A DNA stretch of 64,000 nt from an uncultured Pseudomonadota bacterium. GTDB lineage: Bacteria; Pseudomonadota; Alphaproteobacteria; JACZXZ01. A program made the position numbers and the translations under genes. Location of the stretch: contig CAVVLJ010000020.1 in assembly GCA_963749075.1 (NCBI GenBank), forward strand, positions 256,001 through 320,000, given 5' to 3'. This document shows positions 9,794 to 22,465 of the stretch, in pieces. A model generated the notes under the pieces. The model was not told the DNA's origin, ran no database searches, and saw only the letters and a program-made list of their open reading frames with translations. Position 1 is the stretch's first letter, and each line of letters opens with the position of its first letter.

Positions 9794-10719
9794 TACCCCA
9801 GCGCCGTATCCACCATGTGGAGGAAGGGCTCGCCCGCGCGGTAGCGCCGCACGTTCTCGGCGACGAGCTCGGTCGTGCTGCGCGGGTCGGTGATGCTGGC
9901 GATGTGCGGGCTTAGGGCGATGCGCGGGTGGCTCCAGAAGGGATGGCCGGCCGGCAGCGGCTCGGGCTGGAAGACGTTGAGGGCGGCGTAGGAGATTTGC
10001 CCCGCGTCCAGTGCCGCGAGCAGGTCCGCGTCCACGAGGTGCCTGCCGCGCGCGGCGTTGACGACGGCCGCCCCTTTGGGGAGGCCTGCGAAAAGCTTGC
10101 CGTCGAGGATGCCGGCGGTCTCGGCCGTGAGCGGCAGGAGGCAGACGAGGATCTCGCTCTTGGCGAGGAAGGGCGCGAGGCCGGCGCCACCGTGGAAGCT
10201 CTCGACGTGCTCGAGCTCCTTCGCCGTGCGGCTCCAGCCCGCCACCTTGAAGCCCATGGCGACGAGCGCCCTTGCCGCGTCGGCGCCGAGCTCGCCAAGC
10301 CCCATGATGCCGACCGCTCGCTCCGCCGCGGTCGGCGAATAGAGCTCCTTCCAATCGCCCGCGCGCTGCTGAGCCTCGAGCTCGGGCTGGCGGCGGTGAA
10401 AGCGCAACACGTGGAGCACGACGTACTCGGTCATGCGCTGGGTCAGATATCTGTCGACGATGCGGCAGATCGGCACGTGGCGCGGCAGCTCCGGGTCGGC
10501 GAAGAGATGATCGACGCCGGCGCCGAGCGAGAAGATGGCGCGCAAGTTGGGGAAGGTCTTGAGGGCACCCTTGGGCATGTTCCACACGAGCGCGAACTCG
10601 ATGTCCCTGGGATCGCCCACCTCGGGCCAGTGGCGGAACTCGACGTTGGGCAGGCGGGCAGTGAGCTCCTGCTTCCACCACGCGACGCGGTCGCTGTCGG
10701 ATTTGAAGAGAAGTGCCAT
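9790..10719 (-). CDS. ghrA: Glyoxylate/hydroxypyruvate reductase A (D-2-hydroxyacid dehydrogenase)
   Basis: SLGAGVDH, GIMGLGELG, NAARG, PHIAS. Confidence 0.88.
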   Translation of the reverse strand: MALLFKSDSDRVAWWKQELTARLPNVEFRHWPEVGDPRDIEFALVWNMPKGALKTFPNLRAIFSLGAGVDHLFADPELPRHVPICRIVDRYLTQRMTEYVVLHVLRFHRRQPELEAQQRAGDWKELYSPTAAERAVGIMGLGELGADAARALVAMGFKVAGWSRTAKELEHVESFHGGAGLAPFLAKSEILVCLLPLTAETAGILDGKLFAGLPKGAAVVNAARGRHLVDADLLAALDAGQISYAALNVFQPEPLPAGHPFWSHPRIALSPHIASITDPRSTTELVAENVRRYRAGEPFLHMVDTALGY

Positions 10720-10744
10720 GCGCTCCTGCCACGCAATTCCGGTC

Positions 10745-11156
10745 AATCCCCCTAAACGCTTACCACGCCGCTCTCGACCGCTTCCAGATGAAAGGCGGCG
10801 GCCATGAGGGCCTTGGTGTAGGGGTGCTGGGGGGCTGCGAAGATGCGCTCGGACGGGCCCTGCTCGACCACCTCGCCTCCGCGCATGACGATGACCTCGT
10901 CGGCCGTGGCGCGGATGACGCGCAGGTCGTGGCTGATGAAGAGATAGCTGAGCCCGTGCCTTCGCTGCAGCTCGCGCAGGAGATCGACGATCTGCGCCTG
11001 CACCGACATGTCGAGCGCCGAGGTCGGCTCGTCGAGCACCACGAAGCGCGGCTTGAGCACGATCGCGCGCGCGATCGCGATGCGCTGGCGCTGGCCGCCG
11101 GAGAACTCGTGGGGGTAGCGGTGCCGCGTCTCCGGGTCGAGGCCGACCTCCTGCAG
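10745..11156. repeat. Direct repeat copy 1 (3' end of yejF); degenerate similarity extends to about 10729-11172
   Basis: Matches 13831-14242 at offset 3086 with 4 mismatches counted by eye. Confidence 0.95.
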
Positions 11157-11240
11157 TGCTGCGATGATCATCGCCTCGCTCTGCCGGCAGATGCGCTCGG
11201 CGATTTCGCAGGCGAGCGGTTCGATATTGCTAAATGTCAC
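10752..11240 (-). pseudogene. Truncated duplicate of the YejF C-terminal ATPase (no Walker A)
   Basis: FSGGQRQR and LDEPTSALD are present, but the N-terminus is unrelated and Walker A is missing. Confidence 0.85.
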
Positions 11241-11293
11241 TCCTCATTACCATAGTGTTGCTTCGGATAACAACATATACCCACCGACGACTC

Positions 11294-11923
11294 TCACACT
11301 GTCACGCTAAGACCACGCCGATAAACGTCATTATCGCGAATCATCCGATGCGCCAGCGAGAAATCGCGCTCGCTGGACATCACAAATCGCGTGGCATGAG
11401 ATACCTGAAGGGAATTTAAGCGCGTTACGACTTCCGACGAATAGGGTACCGGTGAGCCGTTCTGCAAATCATTCTTATATTTTTCCACCCGCTGAATCTC
11501 GGCTTCGCTGGCCGCCAAGATCTCGTCGATCTCGGCATAGTTCGCCCCAGCAGCCGCGGCCTTTTGTGTCAGCAATTGGGCGCGCAATCGTTTGAGTTTT
11601 TCAGAAGCCTGTGCAGCTGGCGCAAAAATTATCGGATCAACCATGCCCAAGCTCAAGGTGCAACTGATAGGTGGATAGATTTCGATGCCCGCCGAGGCGA
11701 AACCAAGATTGCCATACGGCCCGTGATCCTGCTCATTTTGCTGCGCCACCGGATTATCGCCGATATAGAACGGATCATCGTGAATAGCTGGAACCAGAAA
11801 CCAAAGTTTCGCCAGCAAAAGACGCGAAAACACGTCAGTCGAGGCAGTTATTTCATCGCACTTTGCCGAAAATGCGAGAAAGCTCTTCCGGCTCCTTGGC
11901 CTGCGTGGGCTGGCGCGCCCCAT
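11294..11923 (-). pseudogene. DUF4238-like protein, probably 5'-truncated
   Basis: FYIGDNPV...GIEIYPPIS resembles the DUF4238 C-terminal motifs; no N-terminal HYVP motif seen; AT-rich. Confidence 0.5.
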
Positions 11924-11960
11924 ATGGAAACCAGGCTTTTCGATAGATCATTTCTGAAAG

Positions 11961-12039
11961 TCCGCTCTTCGAGCGGATTTACGAGAATGGTATACCCGAA
12001 ATCAATACATTACGTTGATAATTCCGCTCAAATAGCGGA
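11961..12039 (+). promoter_or_regulatory. Two inverted-repeat operators TCCGCT-N5-AGCGGA (11961-11977, 12023-12039) upstream of abiEi
   Basis: Identical arms in both palindromes; AbiEi antitoxins are known to autorepress through paired inverted repeats. Confidence 0.7.
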
Positions 12040-12048
12040 TAATTAAAC

Positions 12049-12876
12049 ATGATTCATAAGCAGTACGACAATCTCGCCTCCTACGTCACGGGGCTAATCG
12101 CCTCGGGGCGGCTGGTCTTCTTGCGGGAGGAAGCCCAAAAGGCCAACAACATAAGCCAAGGGGCGTTCCTCGACGCCGCCGAAAGGCTGCAAAAGCGGCG
12201 GCAGCTCTTCAGCCCGCGGCGTGGCTTTTACGTTGTGGTGCCGCCGCAATATCTGAACCTGGGAAGCCCGCCGCCCGCCTCTTTCATCGACGATCTCATG
12301 CGCCATGAGGGCTGTCCCTATTATGTGGGGTTGTTGAAGGCGGCTGAGCTGCATGGGGCCGCGCATCAGGCCGTAATGCAATTCCAGGTCGTCACGAGCA
12401 AGCGGCTGCCGGCGATCCGGGCGGGCCGCATGAAAATCGTCTTCTACTATCGAAAAGAGCTGACGCAGCTTGCCGTCGGCATCGAAGAGCGCAAGACGGA
12501 CACGGGAAAAATGAAGGTGGCCGCGCCGGAACTGACGATCCTTGACCTCGTTCGCTACCCGCAGGCGAGCGGTGGCTTCGACAACATTGTCACCATCTTC
12601 GAGGAGCTCGGCCAAAAGCTCGATGCCATAAAGCTGGCCTCTCTCTCTCGGGCATTCGAGCGGACCGTCGTCCAGCGTGTAGGTTATCTCTTGAACCAGA
12701 TGGGTCTCCGGGACCAGGCGGATAAGTTGCACAAGTCGCTGGAACAAGGGCCAGCGACGCAATGGATCGAACTCGATCCCTCGTTGACTGCTGACCCGGA
12801 CGCTGCGCCACAGGCGGTCGCGCGCGACAAGCGCTGGCGGGTCATCGTCAGGCGCATTCCGGAGCGCGACGCATGA
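12049..12876 (+). CDS. abiEi: Type IV toxin-antitoxin antitoxin, AbiEi family
   Basis: YYVGLLKAAELHGAAHQ and PELTILDL motifs; ATGA overlap with the toxin. Confidence 0.88.
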   Translation: MIHKQYDNLASYVTGLIASGRLVFLREEAQKANNISQGAFLDAAERLQKRRQLFSPRRGFYVVVPPQYLNLGSPPPASFIDDLMRHEGCPYYVGLLKAAELHGAAHQAVMQFQVVTSKRLPAIRAGRMKIVFYYRKELTQLAVGIEERKTDTGKMKVAAPELTILDLVRYPQASGGFDNIVTIFEELGQKLDAIKLASLSRAFERTVVQRVGYLLNQMGLRDQADKLHKSLEQGPATQWIELDPSLTADPDAAPQAVARDKRWRVIVRRIPERDA

Positions 12877-13832
12877 TCCCGATGATGAATATCGTCGCGT
12901 GGAGCGCCCAAGCCCCCTGGCCCGAAATGCGGCAGGTCGAGCAGGACCTCGTCATCAGCCGTGCGCTCGTCGATTTGTTCGCCGACCCGATGTTGCAAGC
13001 CGAACTACGTTTCCGGGGCGGCGCCGCACTCAATAAGCTGTTCTTCCCCAAGCCATTGCGCTACTCGGAAGATATAGACCTCGTCCGCACCACGGCGGGA
13101 CCGATCGGCCCAATCCTGAATCGCATTCGTGCGGCGCTGGAACCCTGGCTCGGCCGGGCGTCCTTCGACCAAAGCGAGATCGCGCCGAAGCTGCGGTTTC
13201 GCGTCCCGGCCGAGGACGGATCGGGGGAGATTCGGCTCAAGATCGAGATCAACACGCGGGAGATCGAAGCGTTCGACAAGCCGCAGGCCATCGGGCTTGC
13301 CGTTGAGAATCCCTGGTTCACGGGAACGGCAGGCATTGCCACCTTCTCACGCGAAGAGCTGCTGGCGACAAAGCTGCGAGCGCTTCTCCAGCGCGACAAA
13401 GGCCGGGATCTGCTCGATCTGGCACACGCGCTTGCGGTCTTTCCGGATTTGAACACGAATCGCATCGTCGAATTTCTCGGTCTTTATCTGGCAAAGACCG
13501 CGCTATCGATCAGCCGCGCCGAAGCCGAGAAGCGGATGTTCGCCAAGCTCGTTGCCCCGCGCTTCGCCACCGATATTCGTCCGCTCCTCTCTCCGGATGC
13601 GGCGGGGGAATGGACGGACGAGGCGGTGCGCAGTGCATTCGCCGAAATCTTCCGCAAGCTCATAACCGCGATGCCCGGCGCACCATGGGCTAAGACGCCG
13701 GAAAAGCTGGAACGGTTTCGGCTCGAACTCGATGATCATCGGCAAGTGACCGGAGTAGGGGAGCGAGTTCAGACCAAGGCACGTGGCGCGATGTTGAGAC
13801 GGGTGGGGGGTAATCCACGCTATTCCGAATAA
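12873..13832 (+). CDS. abiEii: Nucleotidyltransferase toxin, AbiEii/AbiGii family
   Basis: QVEQDL, FRGGAALNK, RYSEDIDL, KLRALLQRDKGRDLLD. Confidence 0.9.
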   Translation: MIPMMNIVAWSAQAPWPEMRQVEQDLVISRALVDLFADPMLQAELRFRGGAALNKLFFPKPLRYSEDIDLVRTTAGPIGPILNRIRAALEPWLGRASFDQSEIAPKLRFRVPAEDGSGEIRLKIEINTREIEAFDKPQAIGLAVENPWFTGTAGIATFSREELLATKLRALLQRDKGRDLLDLAHALAVFPDLNTNRIVEFLGLYLAKTALSISRAEAEKRMFAKLVAPRFATDIRPLLSPDAAGEWTDEAVRSAFAEIFRKLITAMPGAPWAKTPEKLERFRLELDDHRQVTGVGERVQTKARGAMLRRVGGNPRYSE

Positions 13833-13837
13833 TCCCC

Positions 13838-16613
<2,776 letters not shown>

Positions 16614-16614
16614 C

Positions 16615-17721
16615 TCAGCTCTCCCGCGCCTCGAAATCGATGCGCGGGTCGACCAGGACGTAGGTGAGGTCGCCGATCAGGTTGGTCAAGAGCCCGAGCA
16701 GCGTGAAGAAATAGAGCGTGCCGAAGATCACCGGATAGTCGCGGTTGATGGTCGCCTGGAAGCCGAGGAGGCCCAGGCCGTCGAGGGAGAAGATGACCTC
16801 GATCAAGAGGGCGCCCGTGAAGAGGATGCCGATGAAGGCGCCGGGGAAGCCGGCGATGACGATCAGCATGCCGTTGCGGAAGACGTGGCGATAGAGGACG
16901 CGGCGCTCGGAAAGCCCCTTGGCGCGCGCGGTGAGCACGTACTGCTTGCCGAGCTCGGCCAGGAAGGAGTTCTTGGTCAGCATGGTGAGCGAGGCGAAGC
17001 CGCCGATCACGAGTGCCAGGATGGGCAGCGTGATGTGCCAGAAATAGTCGGTGACCTTGTGGAAGAGGTCGAGCTGGTGCCAGTTCTCGGAGACCAGGCC
17101 GCGCAGCGGGAACCACTGGACGTAGCTGCCGCCCGCGAAGAGCACGATGAGGAGGATGGCGAAGAGGAAGCTCGGGATCGAGTAGCTCACCACGATCACC
17201 GCACTCGTCCACATGTCGAAGCGCGCGCCGTCGCGCACCGCCTTGGCGATGCCGAGCGGAATCGAGATGAGATAGACGAGGAGCGTCGTCCACAGGCCGA
17301 TCGAGATCGACACCGGCATCTTCTCGAGCACCAGGCTCACCACGCTCCGGTCGCGGAAGAAGCTCTGGCCGAAGTCGAAGCGCACATAGTCGCCCATCAT
17401 GAGGAGGAAGCGCTTCCACATCGGCTGGTCGAAGCCGAACTGATGCTCGAGGCGCTTGACGAGCGCGGGGTCGAGGCCGCGGGCGCCGCGGTACCTGCTG
17501 ACGCCCGCCGCCGGCGCCGGCGCCGGCGCCTGCGCCGCCGCCGTCTCGCCGCCCGAACCCGAGATGCGCGCCGTGGCGCTCACCGCCATGCCCTGGATCT
17601 GGGCGAGCGCCTGCTCGACCGGCCCGCCGGGGGCCGCCTGGATGATCGCGAAATTGACCACCATGATGCCGATGAGCGTCGGGATGATGAGGAGCAGGCG
17701 GCGGATGATATAGGCGAGCAT
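16615..17721 (-). CDS. yejB: Peptide ABC transporter permease
   Basis: [32 protein letters not shown]. Confidence 0.92.
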   Translation of the reverse strand: MLAYIIRRLLLIIPTLIGIMVVNFAIIQAAPGGPVEQALAQIQGMAVSATARISGSGGETAAAQAPAPAPAAGVSRYRGARGLDPALVKRLEHQFGFDQPMWKRFLLMMGDYVRFDFGQSFFRDRSVVSLVLEKMPVSISIGLWTTLLVYLISIPLGIAKAVRDGARFDMWTSAVIVVSYSIPSFLFAILLIVLFAGGSYVQWFPLRGLVSENWHQLDLFHKVTDYFWHITLPILALVIGGFASLTMLTKNSFLAELGKQYVLTARAKGLSERRVLYRHVFRNGMLIVIAGFPGAFIGILFTGALLIEVIFSLDGLGLLGFQATINRDYPVIFGTLYFFTLLGLLTNLIGDLTYVLVDPRIDFEARES

Positions 17722-17805
17722 CGCCCGCTCAAGACCGGCTGACGATAGCCTGTGCGCGCAAGCGCGGCCGTGCCGGAGCGCGGCGTCCCGGGCCGGCAGC
17801 GGTGC

Positions 17806-17919
17806 GTCCTTCGAGACGCTCGCTGCGCTCGCTCCTCAGGCTGAGGTCAAATTCGTTTTGCCACACGCAATTTTCCTCGTCCTGAGGAGCGCCCCGAAAA
17901 GGGGCGCGTCTCGAAGGAC
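17806..17919. repeat. Palindromic intergenic repeat, family B copy 1
   Basis: TCCTTCGAGACG...CCTCAGG / CCTGAGGAG...CGTCTCGAAGGA; near copy at 33461-33571. Confidence 0.85.
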
Positions 17920-17942
17920 CCGCGATGGTCCCGCAAGCCCCC

Positions 17943-19782
17943 TCACTGTCCGGCCTTGAGCGCCGCCGCCTTCGCCGCGTCGATCCACCAGGTGTCGGCG
18001 AAGGGGAGCGCGTATTTGGGTGCGATCGCCGGCCACCCGAACTTGTTCCAGAAGGCCGCCCGGAAATAGGTGATGTGCCACTGCGGGATGACGTAGTAGT
18101 GCCAGAGCAGCACGCGGTCGAGCGCGCGCGTGCGCTCGACGAGCGAGTCGCGGTCCGGTGCCGAGATGATGAGGCCGACGAGCGCGTCGATCGCCTTGTC
18201 CTTGATGCCGATGATGTTGCGGCCGCCGGGCGTGTCGGCGCTCGCCGAGCCCCAGTAGTCGCGCTGCTCGTTCCCCGGGGAGAGCGATTCGGGGAAGCTG
18301 CCGACGATCATGTCGAAGTCGAAGTTGTCGAGGCGGTTCTTGTATTGCGCGGTATCGACGGTGCGGATGTGGGCGTCGACGCCGAGCCGCGTGAGGTTCT
18401 GCACGAAGGGCTCGGTGATGCGCTCGAAGGCGGGCTCGTCGAGCAGTATCTCGAAGGCGAGCGGCTGGCCCTGGGCATCGACCATCTTGCCGCCCTTGAC
18501 CGTCCAGCCCGCCGCCGCGAGGAGCTTGAACGCCTCGCCGAGATTGGCGCGGATGTTGCCTGAGCCGTCGCTCTTCGGCGCCACATACTGCTTGGCGAAG
18601 ACCTCGTCGGGAATCCCGCCTTTGAGCGGCTCGAGGATCTTGAGCTCCTCGGCGCTCGGCAGCCCGTGCGAGGCGAGCTCGGAGTTCGAGAAATAGCTCT
18701 CCGTGCGCGTGTATTGGCCGTAGAAGAGCGTCTTGTTGCTCCACTCGAAATCGAAGGCATAGCCGAGGGCCGCGCGCACGCGCGGGTCCTGGAAGACGGG
18801 GTGGCGGATGTTGTAGACGTAGCCCTGCATGCCCTGCGGCTGCTCGTTGGGGATCTCCTCCTTCTTGATGCGGCCGTCGTGCACCGCCGGCGAATCATAG
18901 CCGGTCGCCCAGAACTTCGACGAGCTCTCCTCGCGGAAGTCGTAGTCGCCGGCCTTGAAGGCCTCGAGGGAGACGTTCTCGTCGCGGTAGTAGTCGATGC
19001 GGATGCGGTCGAAGTTGTAGCGGCCCTTGTTGACCGGCAGGTCCTTGGCCCAATAGTCCTTGATCCGCTCGATGGTGATGGAGCGGCCCGGATCGACGGC
19101 CGACACCTTGTAAGGGCCGCTGCCGAGCGGCGCCTCGAGCGTCGTCTTGTCGAAGTCGTGGCTCGCGTAATATTTCTCCGAGAGCACCGGGAGCTGGCCC
19201 AGGATGAGCGGCAGCTCGCGATTGTCGCCGGGCTGGAAGGTGAACTTGACCTTGTGCTCGCCGAGCTTCTCCGCCTTGGCCACGCTGCGGTAGTAGGCGG
19301 CGTAGAAGGGGTGGCCCTTGGTGCGGAGCGTGTCGAAGGTCCAGATCACGTCGTCCGCCGTGATCGGGCTGCCGTCGGCGAAGCGCGCCTCGGGCCTCAG
19401 ATCGAAGACGACCCAGGAGCGGTCCTTGGGCACCTCGATCGACTGGGCGATGAGGCCGTACTCGCTGAAGGCCTCGTCGTCGCTCGAACGTCATGAGGGT
19501 GTCGAAGCAAAGACCGAGGCCTGCGGCGGGGACGCCCTTGAGGATGAAGGGATTGAGGCTGTCGTAGGTGCCGATCGTGGCCTCGCGCACCTGGCCGCCC
19601 TTGGGCGCCTCGGGATTGGTGTAGTCGAAATGGGTGAAGCCGGGCTTGTATTTGGGCTCGCCGTGCATGGCCATGCCGGGGCCGGTGAAGGCGGCATCCT
19701 CGGCCCGGGCGGGCAGCGCCCAGAGCAGCGCCGCCGAAAGGAACGCTAGAAGGGTTGACGCTGCGGCTCTTGCATCAGGCAT
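17943..19782 (-). CDS. yejA: Peptide ABC transporter substrate-binding protein; one extra base at 19487-19488
   Basis: Signal peptide and AMHGEPKY...HFDYTNPEAPKGG lie in one frame, the rest in another; total length is 3n+1. Confidence 0.88.
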
Positions 19783-20018
19783 GGCGACCCTCGGACGCGG
19801 ACGAGAGAGACGAGCGGACTGCGAGCAAGATGGCCGTTTCCGCCGCCGCCATCAAGTCCGACCATAGCACAGTCGTCGGGTTGTCCCGTTGGCGTCCACG
19901 GTCCCGGCGATCGTCGCGGGATACAGCAAGGTTTTGCGATTTTCTCAGTTCCGCGTCCCGCTCACTGCGAGCCTGACCAAGTCGCTCGCGGCGGTCGGAT
20001 GGACATTCTCCGCGTCGT

Positions 20019-20351
20019 TCACGCCGCTTCGACGGTGTGAGCCTGAATTTCCACTCCGAGCTTCCTGCGGACCACGGCGAGAATGGCCGCGAGATTGTCC
20101 ATCGTCGGGTTCCCCTTCTTCGACAGCATGCGGTGCAGGCTCTTGGCGGGCTTCGCCGTCGCGGCGGCGAGCGCCTCGAATCCCACGGTCGCATTGACGA
20201 GGTCGCGCAGGATGAGGCGGGCCGTGCGCGGCTCGCCGTTCAGGAAAAGCGTAGCCGCCTCGTCGAGCAGCGCCTTGGCGAATTCCGGATCGCGCTGCAC
20301 GCGCTCCACCACCGTCTGTTTGAAGTCCCGGGTCAGTGCCATGTCCTTCAC
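20019..20351 (-). CDS. Addiction-module antidote, HTH antitoxin
   Basis: MALTRDFK, LRDLVNATVGF, KSLHRMLSKKGNPT; coupled to the upstream toxin. Confidence 0.85.
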   Translation of the reverse strand: MKDMALTRDFKQTVVERVQRDPEFAKALLDEAATLFLNGEPRTARLILRDLVNATVGFEALAAATAKPAKSLHRMLSKKGNPTMDNLAAILAVVRRKLGVEIQAHTVEAA

Positions 20352-20701
20352 CTCTTGCCTTTCGGCTTAGCCGCGGCGGCTTTTCGTGCCTTATATTCTG
20401 CCCACAATACCCCCGCGCGCTCGATGTCGGCTTGCTGACGCTGCTTCGTGCCGCCGCCGAGCAGGATGATCAGCGCATCGCCATCCCTCGCGAGATAGAT
20501 CCGGTAGCCCGGTCCCCAATCGATGCGATACTCGCCGATGGCGCCAAGCCACTTCACCCTCGACGTATTGCCCAGCTCGAGCCGCAGCGTCGCCGTTGCG
20601 ACCTTCGCCGCCGCTTGGGCATGAAGGCTATTGAACCACGTCCGGAATGGGTTGGACGCGTCCTGCCTGACATACTCGACGACGGTCAGCACGCTGCTCA
20701 T
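20348..20701 (-). CDS. RelE/ParE/HigB-family toxin (addiction-module killer)
   Basis: EYRIDWGPGYRIY and ILLGGGTKQRQQADI; toxin-first gene order. Confidence 0.88.
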   Translation of the reverse strand: MSSVLTVVEYVRQDASNPFRTWFNSLHAQAAAKVATATLRLELGNTSRVKWLGAIGEYRIDWGPGYRIYLARDGDALIILLGGGTKQRQQADIERAGVLWAEYKARKAAAAKPKGKR

Positions 20702-20704
20702 ATA

Positions 20705-20720
20705 GTCATATATAAGTTAC
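20705..20720 (-). promoter_or_regulatory. Imperfect palindrome GTAACTTATATATGAC, probable TA operator abutting a leaderless start
   Basis: AT-rich palindrome immediately before the toxin ATG; no RBS visible. Confidence 0.55.
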
Positions 20721-20851
20721 TTTCAAAAGCAAGCCCATTTGGGGCCCCTTCGAGCGCCTCATGAGATCGAGGGACCACTGCGGTGACGGTTGAGCGTCCG
20801 GGATCATGTATTGCCGCGGGCAATTCCCGAGACATGGCTGCGGGGTGCCGC

Positions 20852-21643
20852 TCAGCCGCTTCCCTCGGCGAGGAGCGCCAGTGCCTCGGCATGACAGTGC
20901 CGGTCGCCGGCTGCACACATGCGCCCGTCCGAATGAAGGCCTAAGGTGCCGCCCTGCCAGTCGCTCACCACCCCGCCCGCCCCCTCGATGACCGGGATCA
21001 CGGCGCAATAGTCGTAGACCTTGAGGCCGCCCTCGACCACGAGGTCCGCATAGCCGCTGGCGACGAGCCCGTAGCCGTAGCAGTCGGTGCCGAAGAGCGC
21101 GAGCTTGACCGCCTGGCGCACGCGCTCGTAGGCGGCGGCGTCGCCAGCGCTCGCGAACATGTAGGGCGAGGTGGTGTAGAGCGCTGCCTTGCCGAGCTCG
21201 GCGCAGGGTCGCGTCGCGGCCGGCTTGCCGTTGAAGCGCGTGGGCCGGCCGCGCGCACCCGTCCAGCGCTCGCCGAGGGCCGGGTGGTTGATGACGCCGA
21301 GGATGGCGCGGCCCTCCTCCATGAGGGCGATCAGCGTGCCGAAAAGCGGCTTGCCGGTGATGAAGGACTTGGTGCCGTCGATGGGGTCGAGCACCCAGAC
21401 ATAAGGCGCCTCGGGGCGCTCGGCGCCGTGCTCCTCGCCGATGATGCCGTGCTCGGGAAAGCTCGCCGCGATGAGCCGGCGCATGGCGGCCTCGGCCTCG
21501 CGGTCGGCGATCGTCACCGGCGAGAGGTCGCTCTTGTCGTCGACCGCGAGGGGCTTGCGGAAATAGCGCCGGATGACGGCCTCGCTCTCGTCGGCGAGAC
21601 GGGCGGCAAGCAGGAGGAAATCGTCGATCGCGTCGGCGGCCAT
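20852..21643 (-). CDS. hisN: Histidinol-phosphatase, inositol monophosphatase family
   Basis: SPVTIADREAE, WVLDPIDGTKSF, GTDCYGY. Confidence 0.85.
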   Translation of the reverse strand: MAADAIDDFLLLAARLADESEAVIRRYFRKPLAVDDKSDLSPVTIADREAEAAMRRLIAASFPEHGIIGEEHGAERPEAPYVWVLDPIDGTKSFITGKPLFGTLIALMEEGRAILGVINHPALGERWTGARGRPTRFNGKPAATRPCAELGKAALYTTSPYMFASAGDAAAYERVRQAVKLALFGTDCYGYGLVASGYADLVVEGGLKVYDYCAVIPVIEGAGGVVSDWQGGTLGLHSDGRMCAAGDRHCHAEALALLAEGSG

Positions 21644-21705
21644 GGCGGCGGAGTGTGGGCGAAGCCGGCCCCCTTGCCAAGTCCGACGGCGCGCCGCGGC
21701 GCCGC

Positions 21706-22248
21706 TTACTTCGGCAGCGGCTCCGGGTGATCGGAGAGGCTGTTGAGGTAGGCGATGACGTCGGCGCGCTTTTGCGGGTCGGGCACGCCGGCAAAGGTCA
21801 TCTTGGTGCCGGGCGCCATCTTCTGCGGCCCCTCGAGCCACTCGTTGAGCTCGTCGAAGGTCCAGGTGCCCTGGATCTTCTTGAGGGCGTCGGAGAACTC
21901 GTAGCCGGGGACTGCCGCGATCTTCTCGCCGACGATGGCGTAGAGGTTGGGCCCGATCTTCGCCGGCTCGCCCTTGCCGAAGGTGTGGCAGGTCTTGCAC
22001 GGGGCGGCGGCGCTCTGGCCGTCGGCGACGCTCGCCTTGGCGAGGAGCGGCGCCAAGGGCGGCGGCCCGGCGGGCACGCTCGCCTGCTGGCTCGGCGCCG
22101 CGGTCGCCGGCGCGCCGGCGATCTCGAAGTGGCTCTTGCCCGCCTCGGGCTCGCGCACGAGAATGTCGCCGACATGGCCGATCACCGTGGTGACGAGGAG
22201 GGTCATCAGCACGGCGCCGACGATCTTGTTGGTCTCGAACGAATCCAT
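21706..22248 (-). CDS. cycM: Membrane-anchored cytochrome c
   Basis: MDSFETNK N-terminus plus TM, CKTCH heme motif, PGTKM; divergent from kdsB. Confidence 0.88.
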   Translation of the reverse strand: MDSFETNKIVGAVLMTLLVTTVIGHVGDILVREPEAGKSHFEIAGAPATAAPSQQASVPAGPPPLAPLLAKASVADGQSAAAPCKTCHTFGKGEPAKIGPNLYAIVGEKIAAVPGYEFSDALKKIQGTWTFDELNEWLEGPQKMAPGTKMTFAGVPDPQKRADVIAYLNSLSDHPEPLPK

Positions 22249-22465
22249 GCCTTCCCCCGGCCGAGATTAGGGCGCTTGGAAAAGCCTCGCCGCAGCGCCA
22301 CAGCAGCGCCGCACCGGGGGTCGATAAATGCTTTCCGCTCCGAGGGCAACCGTTATATGGTCCGCCTGCAGCACGGCAGGCCCGGTGGGCCTGGCTGAAT
22401 GCCGCGGCGCGGCAAAATGTCGCAATCTCAGGCGGGCCGCTGCCCGCGCTCGACCACGCCTCTCC

